Part shown: piece after piece, positions 38,756-50,889 of the stretch
Layout: each line of letters starts with the position of its first letter
Position numbering within the stretch: the stretch's first letter is position 1
Source: Lama glama
Taxonomy: Eukaryota
DNA length: 64,000 nt
Reading direction: 5' to 3'
NCBI GenBank assembly: GCA_028534125.1
Contig: CM052816.1
Location: forward strand, 55,182,001-55,246,000
Position numbers and translations under genes: made by a program
Notes under the pieces: model-generated
Told to the model about the DNA's origin: nothing
What the model saw: only the letters and a program-made list of their open reading frames with translations
Databases searched by the model: none

Positions 38756-39291
38756 AAATGGATTATCTTAAAGTGATGGTACTTATTCCTTTAAAGAACA
38801 GCTCATCAGATAATGAATTAAATATTTACCCTAACCTCTTCCCAGCCCAAACCAAGCTGTTCTATATGCACACAGACCAAATGCACAGACACACACATGG
38901 TGTGCCCTTAGCTGCCTGGAAGTCAATCTTCAAGCAAACACAAAGAGAGGCTCTATCTCCCAAATAATTAAAACATAAATTGGTTAATGTTTCTCGTTTC
39001 TGGTCTTCCTTGAGGGAAATGACACAATGCTTAGTAGCAAATGAGAAATTACTTTGCAAATCTATCCCCTCCAAAGGCCACCAAACAAGGGTCATGCAAC
39101 TTTGTCTCGCATTTTGATCCCACTGCAATGACTTAGTGTGGTAATTATATTACAAAGCCATTACTCAATGAAATGAAAATGGCAAAACAATTTACATGCT
39201 TGTCTTAAAAAGATGCTGTTAGAATGCAATTAAAGTGAAATTGCAATGGCAAAATAATTGAAATGTGGGACTGGAAGCACAGTTGTGGGAC

Positions 39292-39850
39292 TGTAATAGA
39301 AAAGAACAAATCTGATTCCATATTAGATCTGTTCCTTTGACTTTAACCCTGCGCTCCGTTTCCCAGGCTTAGTCTTGCTGGTTCTACACCTTCTGTAAAA
39401 GGATGTTGCCTACAGCCTGAAATACAGGACAGCCTATTCTCAAGGCTCTGACCTTTAAGGATATTAAAATTTTTCCATTCATATAAAGTTGCAGAATAGA
39501 AAATAACGTTCGTTTCGTTGGAGGTTTACAGGGACACTATGATCTGACCCACGTGGACAGCTGCAAGAACAAACGATTCCAAGAACAAAGAATTCCTACA
39601 CTTAGAAATACATCTCCACAGACACCAAGAAGAAGTTTGCAACAACCAAGTATAACCACTCCCTTTTCTAGTATAAAAGGAGCCTGAATTCTGACTTGGG
39701 GAAGATGGTTCTCCAGAACATTAGTCTGCCATCTTCTGGGTCTGCCAGCTTTCTGAATAAAGTCACTATATTCTTTGCTCCAACACCTCATCTCCTGATT
39801 TATTGGCCTACCGTGTGGCAAGCAGAATGAGTTTGTACTCAGTAAGAACA
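39292..39850 (+). mobile_element. ERV1-type solo LTR, antisense to SV2C
   Basis: Starts tgtaataga; TATAAAA at 39672-39678; AATAAA at 39756-39761; U5-like end tttattggcct...tgagtttgtactcagtaa. Confidence 0.8.
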
Positions 39851-41549
39851 ATTAAAATGCTTCTGTGGGGGACTCACAACATGGAGTGAAACGGCACACT
39901 CCTGGGGACACATTTTTAATTCACTAAAGCAGGCATCGTTTATGGAGGGACGAAAATATCCGTGCTCAGCTGTCCCACAGCATTATCTACACTGGTGTAT
40001 GCCACCTAGGGGTGTGTAACATCATCAGGGTTTACGGGTTTATGGGACAGACTGATAAGAGCATCACGTGTAACACTGTGCTTCCATTAGGCACCGAGAA
40101 GATGAAGGCACGAGGGTAAGCTTAGCTCAGATCTTTCTGAAATGATTCCAATACAAAAGCTAGGATCATGACATGAAAAGACTGTTATTCTAAATTTAAG
40201 CCTGCAATTATTAAATGTCTGTGGAGATGTATTTCTAAGGCTCTATCTTCTTAAAACATGCTACTGATACATTTCGTTAGCAAAATCTTGATAAATATTT
40301 TGATGCCCAGGCTTACAGTGGGAATTCTTGCTCACTAAAGAAAAAAACAAAAACAAAATACAGTGCTACATATGAAAGCGATTTGCCTAAACGACTGATC
40401 TGACCAATAACTGAGGACTCTCCTCCGAACCGTGTTCTGCATTTTGATGGCTGAACATGCAAATGAGTCTACTAGCAAAAGCCACACACTCTATGCCCCC
40501 TGGCCCCTCCCCTTCGCCCCTCCCTTGGACCCATGTCTTCCAGTTAGGCAATGAAAGAAGCAAATACTAGGAGTGGGTCATATAAAAGAAACAAGGGTTA
40601 AAGGGATAAGCTGTCAATTCTTTTCTCATGCATGTTTCTCTCTTGTGTTGTCACAGAGCAGATTAGTAGATGGTATTTAATTGTTTTTTATGCATCAATG
40701 ATGATAGCATTACTGAGTAAGAGTTATTCACTAAACGACAAAAGAGCTGTACACTTCTGTTTGTCAAGCTTTAGCTTTAAAAAGTCCCTTGGAAATAGAG
40801 ACGCCGATATTTTTTCTCTCTTTCACAGACTGTGAAACACAGAAAGATTTAATATGCACACAAACATATTCTCTGAGGTAAGCGCAGCAGAAGGGCTTTG
40901 GAAAGCCTACCAAGTGTTTGCCATGGGCCTTAAGTTTCTGGGATAGCCTGCCGTGTGCATGGTTCTTGGCCTTCCGATCTTCCCTCCCACAGGGAGGTAA
41001 GTGGGGGTGTTAACTACAGCTTGGCGACAACGTGAACCTTCAGTGCATGGTAACTGTAACACAAAAATCAAACCTGCTCTCCAGATATTTAATAGAGAGG
41101 TCATGTTATTTTAACACATATAATTTAAATACTAATATGATTTGAAGTAGATTTTTAAGTCCTATGAGGAGAGGAAGTTTTGCCAGTGTAGGCACAAAGG
41201 CACAAACTTTGAAAAAGAAAAAGTCATTTAGAGAAACTTCTATAAATAAGGGTAGTTGAAAAAACAAGGAAGCAAACATTCAGACAGATTACAGAAAAAA
41301 TAAAAATCGGCAGGATCCCAAAAGTATTTAAACCGTAGTATTATACATAAAATTTGAAATCTGGAATTTGAAATCACATTTGTCAGAGCTTTGTAGAATT
41401 AACCTCTGTAATTAGACAAGTATCAGACAAGTTTCATATCATGGCTTTATTAACTTCCAAGGGCATATCTTTGGAAGTAAACAAAGGAGAAATAAATGCA
41501 ACGTTCTAATAGTGTTAAGTTAAAATGTACTGCTCTAAGTTACTTTAAA

Positions 41550-41712
41550 ATGCATAAAAATAAAAGTGGGACAGGTGAATAGATAGATGGTTAGGTGATG
41601 AAGAAATCGAGTAAACGTTAACTAAAGAACCTGGGTGCTGGGTGTATATGGCATCACTGTACAATTCTTTTGATTCCTTTGCATGTTTAAAATTGTTCAA
41701 GTGTTGGAAAAA
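41550..41712 (+). mobile_element. Old L1 (L1ME-like) 3' end
   Basis: gggtgtatatggcatcactgtacaattcttttgattcctttgcatgtttaaaatt. Confidence 0.55.
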
Positions 41713-41808
41713 ATGCAGGGCTTCATATGAAAAGTACTTATTCTACATGTTAACAGTGTTCGACAAATAAAGCAGTTCCCAAATGCATCTCTGACATGTC
41801 ACACTCAC

Positions 41809-42388
41809 CCAGCCACCCGGATCCGGAGTCTGGTATGCACAGGTCTGTCTCAGCGCTGGGCAACACGAAGCCCACGACAAACACCTCCACGCCGTCCGCC
41901 ATCAGGGCCATGCCCAGGACAAAGAAAAGGGTCCACTGAAAGCGGCCGTGGCCACACTCTTGGATTATCAGCTCATACTGCTGGGCTAGTTCTTCCTCGT
42001 CAGCTCTCCTCTCGGACTCCAGCTCCCGGCGGTCCTTGTACTCATCGCCCTTGGGCTGCCCCACTGACACGATGCTGTCTTTCCCTTGGTTCATGCTGGG
42101 GATGCCCTGATACTCCCCTTCGTAGATTTCATCATCTTCGTCGTGACCCTCAGTAGCTTCACTGGAGCCTTCATCATCGTTGGCCTCCCCATTGTAGGTT
42201 TCTCCGGGTGGGTAATAGTCATCTTCCTCTTCCTCGTCCTGGAACCGACTATAGGACCTCTGGGTGTACTCATCCTGGGCCCGATCCACTGCTTGATTCA
42301 CTTTCTTTACCGTCTGTTTCTTCACCTCTCTGGCAATGTCCTTGGCACCCTTCATCAGGGAAGTCCTATCCTTGTAGGAGTCTTCCAT
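41809..42388 (-). CDS. SV2C: Synaptic vesicle glycoprotein 2C, first coding exon (N-terminal cytoplasmic domain and TM1; 193 codons + 1 nt, partial CDS)
   Basis: The ORF 41750..42388 translates to the recognisable SV2C N-terminus (MEDSYKDRTSLMKGAKDIAREVKKQTVKKVNQAVDRAQDEYTQRSYSRF...ECGHGRFQW.LFFVLGMALMADGVEVFVVGFVLPSAETDLC). Kozak context is strong (AAG ATG G) with an in-frame TGA 9 nt upstream. The donor CTGG|GTGAGT follows 41809 (phase 1), and similarity ends there. Confidence 0.97.
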
Positions 42389-42490
42389 CTTATCTCAACA
42401 GATTGGCCAACGAGAAGATGGGAATTTTTCACAGCCTCAGGTCAATGGTTCAGTCTTGACAGCATCATCCACTTTGGGTTCAAAACGGAA
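42389..42490 (-). other. SV2C: 5'UTR portion of the SV2C first coding exon; splice acceptor immediately upstream
   Basis: The minus strand reads ...ctcctgtgctttgtcttctcttgcAG|TTCCGTTTTG: a polypyrimidine tract and CAG acceptor, with the AG at 42492-42491. Confidence 0.85.
42442..42468 (-). promoter_or_regulatory. Upstream ORF (MMLSRLNH*) in the SV2C 5'UTR
   Basis: ATG ATG CTG TCA AGA CTG AAC CAT TGA is read directly on the minus strand and ends 53 nt before the main ATG. Its function is unproven. Confidence 0.6.
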
Positions 42491-42983
42491 CTGCAAGAGA
42501 AGACAAAGCACAGGAGAGATTTATTATTTCTTTCTATGTCTTTTCCATCATCTATTTCTTGGTCTCATTTCACTCGCCCCATAGACTAAGTCACAGAATG
42601 AGCTTTTCCTTTCTTTTGAGCACACTGTTTGCTGGTTCTCTGCTCAAGTGTGATCAGCACTTGGAGTACCTAGGGTTTTTGCTATTATTATTATTGTTTT
42701 GTTTTTAAGGAACTCTGTCTCCTGGGTAACTTTGCATAGAATACACAAGCACTCCCCTGAAAATACAATGAGACACGCTGCATCTTTATAAGTACAGCCA
42801 ACATATTTCAAAAGTGCTAGAAACATAGACCTTGACTGAGAAAAATAATATTGCTCACAGATACGTACACACTCTGCAAAGGCAAACCCAGAATAACAGA
42901 AGAATCCTGCTGACCTCATTTCCCCACAATGGAAAAAACAAAGCAAGCAAGCACCGCTATATGCAAGGCTATCAAATCATACA

Positions 42984-43470
42984 CAAGCACACCTCATTTT
43001 CCGCTTTCCGCTTTACTGCACTTTGCAGATACTGCAATTTTAACAAGTTGAAGATGTGTGGCAACCCTGGGTCCAGCAAGTTTATTGATGCCATTTTTGC
43101 AAAAACATTTTGCTCATTTTGTTTCCCTGTCATATTTTGGAAATTCTTGTAAAATTTAAAATGTTTCCATTATTATCATATTTGTTACATGATCTGTGAT
43201 CAGTCGTCTTTGATGTAACTACTATAACTTGCTGAAGGCTCAGATAGATAATTGTTAGCAATTTTTTAGCAATAAAGTATTTTTTAATTAAGGTGCTATA
43301 TTTTTTTTTTTAGATATAAAGCTACTGCACACTTAACTAACTACAGTATAGTGTAAACATAACTTTAATAAGCACTGGGAAACCAAAAATTTGTGTGACT
43401 TGGTTTATTGCAATATTCACTTTATTGCAGTGGTCTGGAACCCAACCCGCAATATCTCTGAAGTATGTTG
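42984..43470 (+). mobile_element. Tigger1-derived non-autonomous TcMar element
   Basis: Both Tigger1 termini (caagcacacctc..ttt and aatatctctgaagtatgttg|TA) are joined at acttgctgaaggctcagat; the transposase region is deleted. Confidence 0.85.
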
Positions 43471-45824
43471 TAAATATTTATAAAATACACTTCCGTCCTA
43501 CCTTCCTAGTATCTTCTTCCAATAAATGATAAGAGACTCACGCGGCACCCAAAGCTGACAGTGAGTATTTTCCCCTAGTACGGCAGTCATATCCATAGAA
43601 ATCGGCAGTGTTCATCAAATGATTTCACAGATACTTTGGATAATCACTGAATTATAACATGGGGCTTGTCCAGTGATGGGGGTGCCCTTTCAGAAACCAC
43701 CCACAGGCCAGCAGGGACAGGTCAGCCACATGCAGTGTCCCTTCACAACTGACCCTGTAAGAACCCCAGGCTTTGTCCCTACCTTCTCCGTCTCTAGACA
43801 CTCCCACACACACACTCCCTCCCACCGTGTCTGACTGCCACTCCAGTTAGCTGCTGTCCTGGAGACCGAGTCAGCAGCCTCCCATGACCCATCACTAGGT
43901 TTTCTTTCTCACGGGTAGCCCCTTACGTCTTGACTTACTACACTCTGGCTGACTTCTCTCACTCCTCCACTGGGCTGTCTCCTCCGGTGGCCCAAGTAAG
44001 CCATTGTCAGGCCACCTTGTACATAGATGACATGAAGGTGAAAAAATCATTCTCCCCCCATCATTAATTCCCCAAGCCCTGCACTGCAGCAGCATCCCAA
44101 ACACTGGTTTATGTAATGGTCAATTCTACTTCGTTCTTTTGCACTCAGAGTAAAACACTTGTAAGCAGCTATTATAAACATATACTAAAACTGCTCGTTC
44201 AGACATCACAAACAAACCCAGCAATAAAGACAATAGGATGTTTGTTTATAAACGAACTGTACATCATTACCGTGGAATACCAACAAATGCCCAGTGGGCA
44301 AAACAGAAGCACGGTCCTGCTCAGGCCGGTGTTCTGGAAAATGACAAAATGAAATGAAAACAAGCATATGATTACAAGGCTTTCTCCGGAATGTCTTGAT
44401 GAAGGGTGTTTCTGTTTGTTCTTCTTCTCCTTTCTTTTTTGGAGAGCTGAGGGATCCAGAGGAGAGTTAGATGGGAAGGCAGCGAGAAGAGTGGTTGAGG
44501 ATGGAGCACTCAGAAAGTTAAGAAGGAGGCAGGAAAAGAGAGACGGGAAGAAGGGAAAATGATGGATAAATGATGCCGCAGATGGAGAGATGTTTCCTAG
44601 TTTAAAAATGAAAAGTGAAATTAAAACATTTCACACAATAAATAAAGCCAACTCCTCTACCACCCAGAAATCGACAATCACATCAGACACTGCACACCAG
44701 CTGCTTCTTGGGCACAATAGCACGCAAATGCCCTTAAAGGGGATCCAAAGACTGGAGAGCGAGGACAGACCCTGAACCACTGTAACACGCCGCCGCGAAC
44801 CGTGCCTGTTGGCAATGGGAAGCTTCCGCAGTTGCTCTTCCTAAGAAACAGTAACTAAACTGACTGCGTTTGGCTTTCCTGCCTTTGTTCCTGGCCGCGG
44901 TCTCATCACGTGCTTCACGGGCTCGCACCCCCTCACATGGTCCTTGCATGGGAGCCACCTCTATGACAGAAAGCCGGCCTGGTGTCCTAGAAAATGGATG
45001 ACTCTAACTCCCTAAGTGATCTAATCACACGCGCAATGAAAACAATTTTTAAAAAATTAAACGGTTTGGTTTTCGGGGAAAAAAAAATGCTTCTTGTACA
45101 AGTCTATTTGACTCTGAGGCAAAACAAAGACCATGTGTATGTAAGTTCCCCAGGTTCCTCAAGCCAAAAAGAGAGGCTTCACTTCATTTTCAGATCTTAA
45201 TGGAAGAGACCGGGTCTTACAGTTTGTAGTCTCACTAAAACAAAGGAGATTTTTCAGTGCTTTTGCATAAACAAGGGCAACTATGAATACTTATTCAAAA
45301 ATTCTGTTTAAATCCAGATGTCTGTAGATGATGCCACGGGGGAAACTCAGTGAAGGGCAGGTGTAGGGCATCTCTATTACTTCTTACACCTGCATGTGAA
45401 TCTAGGACCCCAAAATAAAATGATAAACAAAAAATAAGTTTGTATCATCTACACTATGCAATCTTGGAAAATGCACAAGATGTTTAGCTAGTGGGAAGGT
45501 TATTCAGGGGGCAGAGTTGTATTCTATGGATATTTCCCTTTCTGGTAAGTGGAAAAATGCAAAAAGCTAGGCTCATCCCAAAGGTCACTAGGAAGATGGC
45601 AGACCGGGATCTGTGTCAGAAGGCCACACCTGCATTTGAAGCAGCAGCTCACAGGTGTGGCCCGTGCACCAGGTGTGGCCCACTCGGACATCCATGCGCA
45701 GCTGCTTCTCACATTATCAGCTGCTTCTCACGTTATCAGCGTCTGCAAACACCGTTCCTCCATTTGGGATGAATCACCCAGTAACACCACGTACACGTGC
45801 CAAACACCGATTTAATGAAAAGCG

Positions 45825-46050
45825 GGTTGAATGGGTGCTTACTCTGTGCCAAGCATTGTGCTAAGAACTTTATACACACTCTTGTATTTTTTTATTTAAT
45901 CCTGACTCAATCCTATGAAACAGGTATTATATGGTCCATTTTACAGGTGAGAAAATTAAGGCTTAGCAAGATTAAATAAGTAGCCCAAGGTCACAAAGCT
46001 TGTCAAAGGCAGTGCTGGGACTCGAGCCCAATGGTCTGACCCCAGAGGCT
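45825..46050 (-). mobile_element. MIR SINE
   Basis: tgtgccaagcattgtgctaag...ccattttacaggtgagaaaattaaggctt...cccaaggtcaca. Confidence 0.8.
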
Positions 46051-46524
46051 TGCCCCTTTTCCCCATCTGCCTCACACCGTGCGCCCCTGAGGTCTTAATA
46101 AGTGCGGCAGCGTTCTTCCTAGTCATTCCAGTAACCTGTCTATTTCATACAAAAATGGTTCATAGCCTCTTTGCTAACCATCCTATAGGTTCTGAAACAA
46201 GAATTACTGTGATACGTTTCACCAGTGATGGGCTTTCTATGGATAATAACCTTAACATATGGTTTTGTTTGTTCAGATAAACTAGCCCAAGATGTTGGTT
46301 CAACTTCAAAAGATAATATAATCGTGCTAAATAAGATGTCAGCAGGCCAGGAGGGCAGGAAAGAAAACAGCAATGAAGCTCTAACTCTCAGGGAAGCTGC
46401 CTCTTCTTTATTCAAGCCAGTACCTTGCCAGGAAACAAGGACAATGATGTACCTTACACTGTGCTGAGGATTAGATGAGACGGTGTTCACACTGCGTCCA
46501 GGACAGAATTCGACATACATTAAG

Positions 46525-47018
46525 TGTTTTTAACTTGGGTTCCCTAGACAGAGCCTGTGATGAGGAGTCGGGTGTGAATCATTTATTGCAGACAAGCTGG
46601 TAAGGGAGTGGGAGAAGCAGGGTGGAGTGGGAAGGGGACAATCGATGCAGGGCTGCAATTCTGGGCAGTGTCCTGGGGGGCAAGCTTCAGCTTGAATCTG
46701 CAGAGTGATTCAGGAACTTAACTCGTGTCTCAGAGTTCTTCCCACTCAAGGCAAAAGCGCTGGGCTTTCCTGCTCCCGCACCTGCCCACTGTTGGCTAAG
46801 CGCCCCCCCGCCCCACCCCGCCTGTCAAGGATGGACACAGGCGCTTCCAGCTCGCTGCATCAAAGGCAAAGTGCTTCCAGCAGCTCAGAGGTGGGCCTGT
46901 GAAGAGATACAGGTGCTGGCTGATGGACGCAAAGACACACTGAAGCCAGGAGGAGAGCTCCAAGACAATGAAAGGAATCCGAGAGTATTTGGTCAGAATA
47001 TTAACAGTATCTCCTACA
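46525..47018 (-). mobile_element. LTR16-family (ERVL) solo LTR
   Basis: ttgggttccctagacagagcctg...atttatt...aacagtatctcctaca, with TG...CA ends. Confidence 0.65.
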
Positions 47019-47102
47019 ATTAGCATTTAATAAATGCTTGCTTAGATGCCCTGCTAATCATGCTAAGTGGCAGGACCCACAGGTAATTAAAAACTACATT
47101 TA

Positions 47103-47243
47103 AAAAAGTAATTTTTTTAAACTTTTTTTTAACAGGGGGAGGTAATTTAGGTTTTATTTATTATTTACTTTTTCAAACAGAGATACTGGGGATTGAACCC
47201 AGGACCTTGTGCATGCTAGGCACACACGCTACCACTGAGCCCC
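47103..47243 (-). mobile_element. tRNA-derived SINE with a perfect 13-bp TSD
   Basis: TSD aaaactacattta at 47090-47102 and 47244-47256; body tactggggattgaacccaggaccttgtgcatgctagg. Confidence 0.9.
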
Positions 47244-47739
47244 AAAACTACATTTACAGAAGCAGCTGTTACAAGTGAATAGTATTTACAGGAAAGCTTA
47301 TGATATTTAATGATCGGCACAGTCAATGTGCGTGACAATCATTTGGCACAAATAATAGCTCACACACATAAATGAGCGTTATTCTGGCAAAAAAAAAAAA
47401 AGTTTTAGTTTTCTTTCTTTGATGGTTCATGCCAAATAGCACATAGCCCCGACCACCAACTATTTCAAAACCATCCTACACATGTTCCCAGGATGCACAG
47501 ACTCCACGCACACACGTTTCTCCAGTCTCCCCACACTGGGCCCAAACCTCCAGTCCTTTCTCTGCTTTTCTTTCCTCATCACCACCATGACAAAAGATCG
47601 CAGCACCACAGCAAAAGATCTTGGGGAGCTCCTCCTCCCCCATACTTTCTAGAATCCTCTGGATGCTGGACAAGTCCCTCATTTTAGTAACTCTATTCAG
47701 GCACCTTTAAAGCCACAGTGCACTCAGAGCAGTGACAGC

Positions 47740-47900
47740 AATAGTAACAGCTCACCTGTCAGGTGCACCACATGTTAAGTACTTCAGAAGTATTATCGCA
47801 CAACAGCAATCCTCACAACAGTCATATATGGTAGGAACTCTTAAACCCCCATTTTACAGATGGGGAAACTGAAACCCGCCCAAGAATTCAAACCCAGACT
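47740..47900 (-). mobile_element. MIR SINE
   Basis: aatcctcacaac...ccccattttacagatggggaaactga...attcaaacccag. Confidence 0.7.
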
Positions 47901-50889
47901 AATGCTACTCCAGAGCCCAACCACTTATCCAATATATATACCACGTCTTAGTGGAAATGGGAGCCTGAGATAGAAACAGAGGTCTGAAGCAGCAGAGCTG
48001 CAACAGAAGACAGCCCCCACCTCCCACGTCTAGATATATACGTGCTGATCTCTGGTGTGTTGGGCGTACTAGATAACAATCCTCTTCCCCTCTTAAATTT
48101 GGATCAAATGGAGACATTCAACACAGCAGACAAATAGTGATCACCTGCTGCTGATGGAGAACTGAACCGACACTTCATCCCTAAAGTCACGCCTTCTCCC
48201 CAGGTGGTCCAGGACGCTGGACTGAGCAGGGCTCCTTCGGGGGCGGGGTGTTTGGGGAGCTTCCCAGCGCTGAAGGCCTGCAGAAACAGCACCTCCCACA
48301 GGGCTGATGCCCGCAGGCCAAGGTTGTCCCCCCAGTTCCCCAGAGAAATCGCTCCTTCTTTCCTGGGGAGGAGGGAGGGTACCTATGGGCGGGGGGGGGG
48401 GGTTGTAAGCTGTTTGTCCCCCATCTGTCTCTCCTGGGGAGCACTGGACATTCCTGTACCTGAGTGGAAACCCGAGAAGTGGGGAGTAGCGTTTCACGTT
48501 AGCTCTGTGCTGTATGATAACAGAGTGCACCAGCCACCCTGATGAGGGCCGTGTCACTTTCCATCTCTTACGGACATAAGACCAACCACATGTGATGACA
48601 TTAGAGCAATGCCACAAAATATTAAAATATTAAAAAGACAAGGACACGAACATCTAAAAGTTGCCATAAGTCCTGATATATTTTGAGGGATACTATAATG
48701 CATCACTCCAAACTAATATAGACATTTTAATTTATGATGAATGTCAGAAAGAAAGGCAATATTTACTATTCATAACCATCCACACTGCAAGTAGGGCTGA
48801 TTAGAAACAACCAGATACTTCTTCATTAAGGCCGTCTCATGTGTGTCTGAAAATGGTGATTTTTTTTTAAAGGTTCAAAATCAATTTTATCGAGGTATAA
48901 ATTAAATTCAATAAAATGCTCTGTTTTTTTCATGATTAAAAGAACATAGTTGAAGAGATTTGGTGCAGTATACCATCTATATTATGAATATGCTTATTCT
49001 AGAAGAAATGTTTGTTGAAAGGCTTATTCAACACAGGTTTGGAACCTCTGGGGTTTATATAAACTGTCCAAAAAAAGATCAGCATGCTGAGCTCTGCACT
49101 TTCATGGTCTGGAGCCAGGCTCTGGAGACAGCAGGAAGATTAGAAGATGGGCATGGCCTTGTAGGAGCTCTAAATACCATGTAAAAACATCCACATCGCT
49201 ACTTTATATAGCCTAACCTTGTGAAATAGTAATGAGAGTTGAAGGTGATCAGCATTAAAATGCAGAATCCCATAACTGCAGTGAGACAGCATTCTGAAAA
49301 GAAGCTTTGGGGAAAGAGGAGAACACATTTTGAGATGAAGGAATAGATACTGATGCATCATCCCAGCCTGCTCAAATCTTTGACAGCAGACTTTGGTCAT
49401 TTAAGGATGCCTCTGGCCCTCCAACCTCTGAACTGAAGTGTACGTATGTGTAAATTACCATTCTTCAAGGGGCAGTTCAAAGGCCACCTCTTTCATGAAG
49501 TGATCTCCTTTCACTACTGCTCAGTCTCTCACCTCCTCCCTGTTACGCATAGTTGGTCCCATCCTGACATTCAATCATGTCTTCCCTTTTGGTTAAGTGC
49601 CATGGTCTTCCCTATTGGAGTGGAACCTCCTTGAAAATAGGAACCCAGTAAAATGAAAGAGTATAAAGCAATGTTATTAAATGAGGACATAAGCACTGTA
49701 TGGGGCTGACTCCCTGGTTTCCCCCTTTCTCCAGGAGGGAGTTGTCTGATCAGCATGTCCCCAGTGTGCATTCTGCAACATATGGCTCTACTCCATGCAC
49801 TGAAAGGAAAAAGATCTATGGTCAAATCAGTTGGGAAGTTTCTATCTCATATTTTATAGATCCTTCTCTAGGAGAGCCACAGTGCAGCTTGTTATAAAGA
49901 ACCTTGTTTAAATATGTTACCCAACTATTCCCCAAACTTTCCTAATAATAGCATGCCCCGACCCTCAACATGACACCGATAAGCAGTCTTCATTATACAC
50001 TATGGGAAACACTGTGTTATGATAAATGCCAAGATCCTTTCTAAGGTCTCTGTTATAAAATACCATAAAACTCACTAATTAGAATTAATTGAGGGAAGCA
50101 GGATGAAAAACAAAGTCTACATTAAGATAATATTTCTAAAATGAAACAGTATTTCTTTCAAGCCTATCAAAAACTGAAATTAAGTTTTTAAAAAGTAATC
50201 TTCTATGATTTTTAAACAAACTGGCTACAAAAATTAAGGGTATTTAGCACATCTGCATATTTTAAAGGAATAAGTCATTCAAAGAGCCAGGAAATGTTAA
50301 GTATGTTAGCATTCCTTTAATGCAATTTTGACACAATAAATTTGCTCTATGAGGAACAGCTCTCCTAAGCCAGGATAAACTGGCCTCAATAGTCGTCTAA
50401 ATCTCTACAAATTCCACATTATTGAAACCTAAAGGCCTTACCCAAACAACAAACCTGCTTATACATATATATGAACTTTTCTGAAGGTCCTAGACCTCCT
50501 GGTAGAAAGAATATTCTCAAATGAGTCAAAGTAAGCAACAGCCTTTTGAGGAAGTATCTGAATTCAATTTAGTACAGCAATATTCATTCTGCTTACAAAA
50601 CCAAAACATGATTAAGAAATAACTGGAAAATTCAGAAAATCACAAAAAATAAAATAAAATCATATGTATTTCTACCACCCAGAGATCCTCACTTCCAATC
50701 TTTAGGCTACACAGATGCTTGAGCTTATGATTAATTTAGATCTCACTGTATATTTGGATGTAAAGCCCTTCTCAGGTTACTCTGTTATCTCTAACTCTTC
50801 AGGTGTGAATATGCCCGTTCACTGGATTAGTAGTCTCACTCAAATAGTGCAGGACTTCATTCCATGTTTAGTAAGCATATTTTCTATAG

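Noticed and set aside
41750..41808. C-terminal 19 codons of the 212-aa ORF as part of canonical SV2C
   Set aside because: They lie beyond a consensus GTGAGT donor and are intronic read-through.
1..41808. Further SV2C coding exons (the next would continue the frame into TM2)
   Set aside because: No matching peptide in the ORF track or by eye. It probably lies beyond position 1, though a short exon could have been missed.
42086..42589. 167-aa plus-strand ORF and other frames overlapping the SV2C exon
   Set aside because: Antisense or alternate-frame shadows of a real coding exon, with no independent support.
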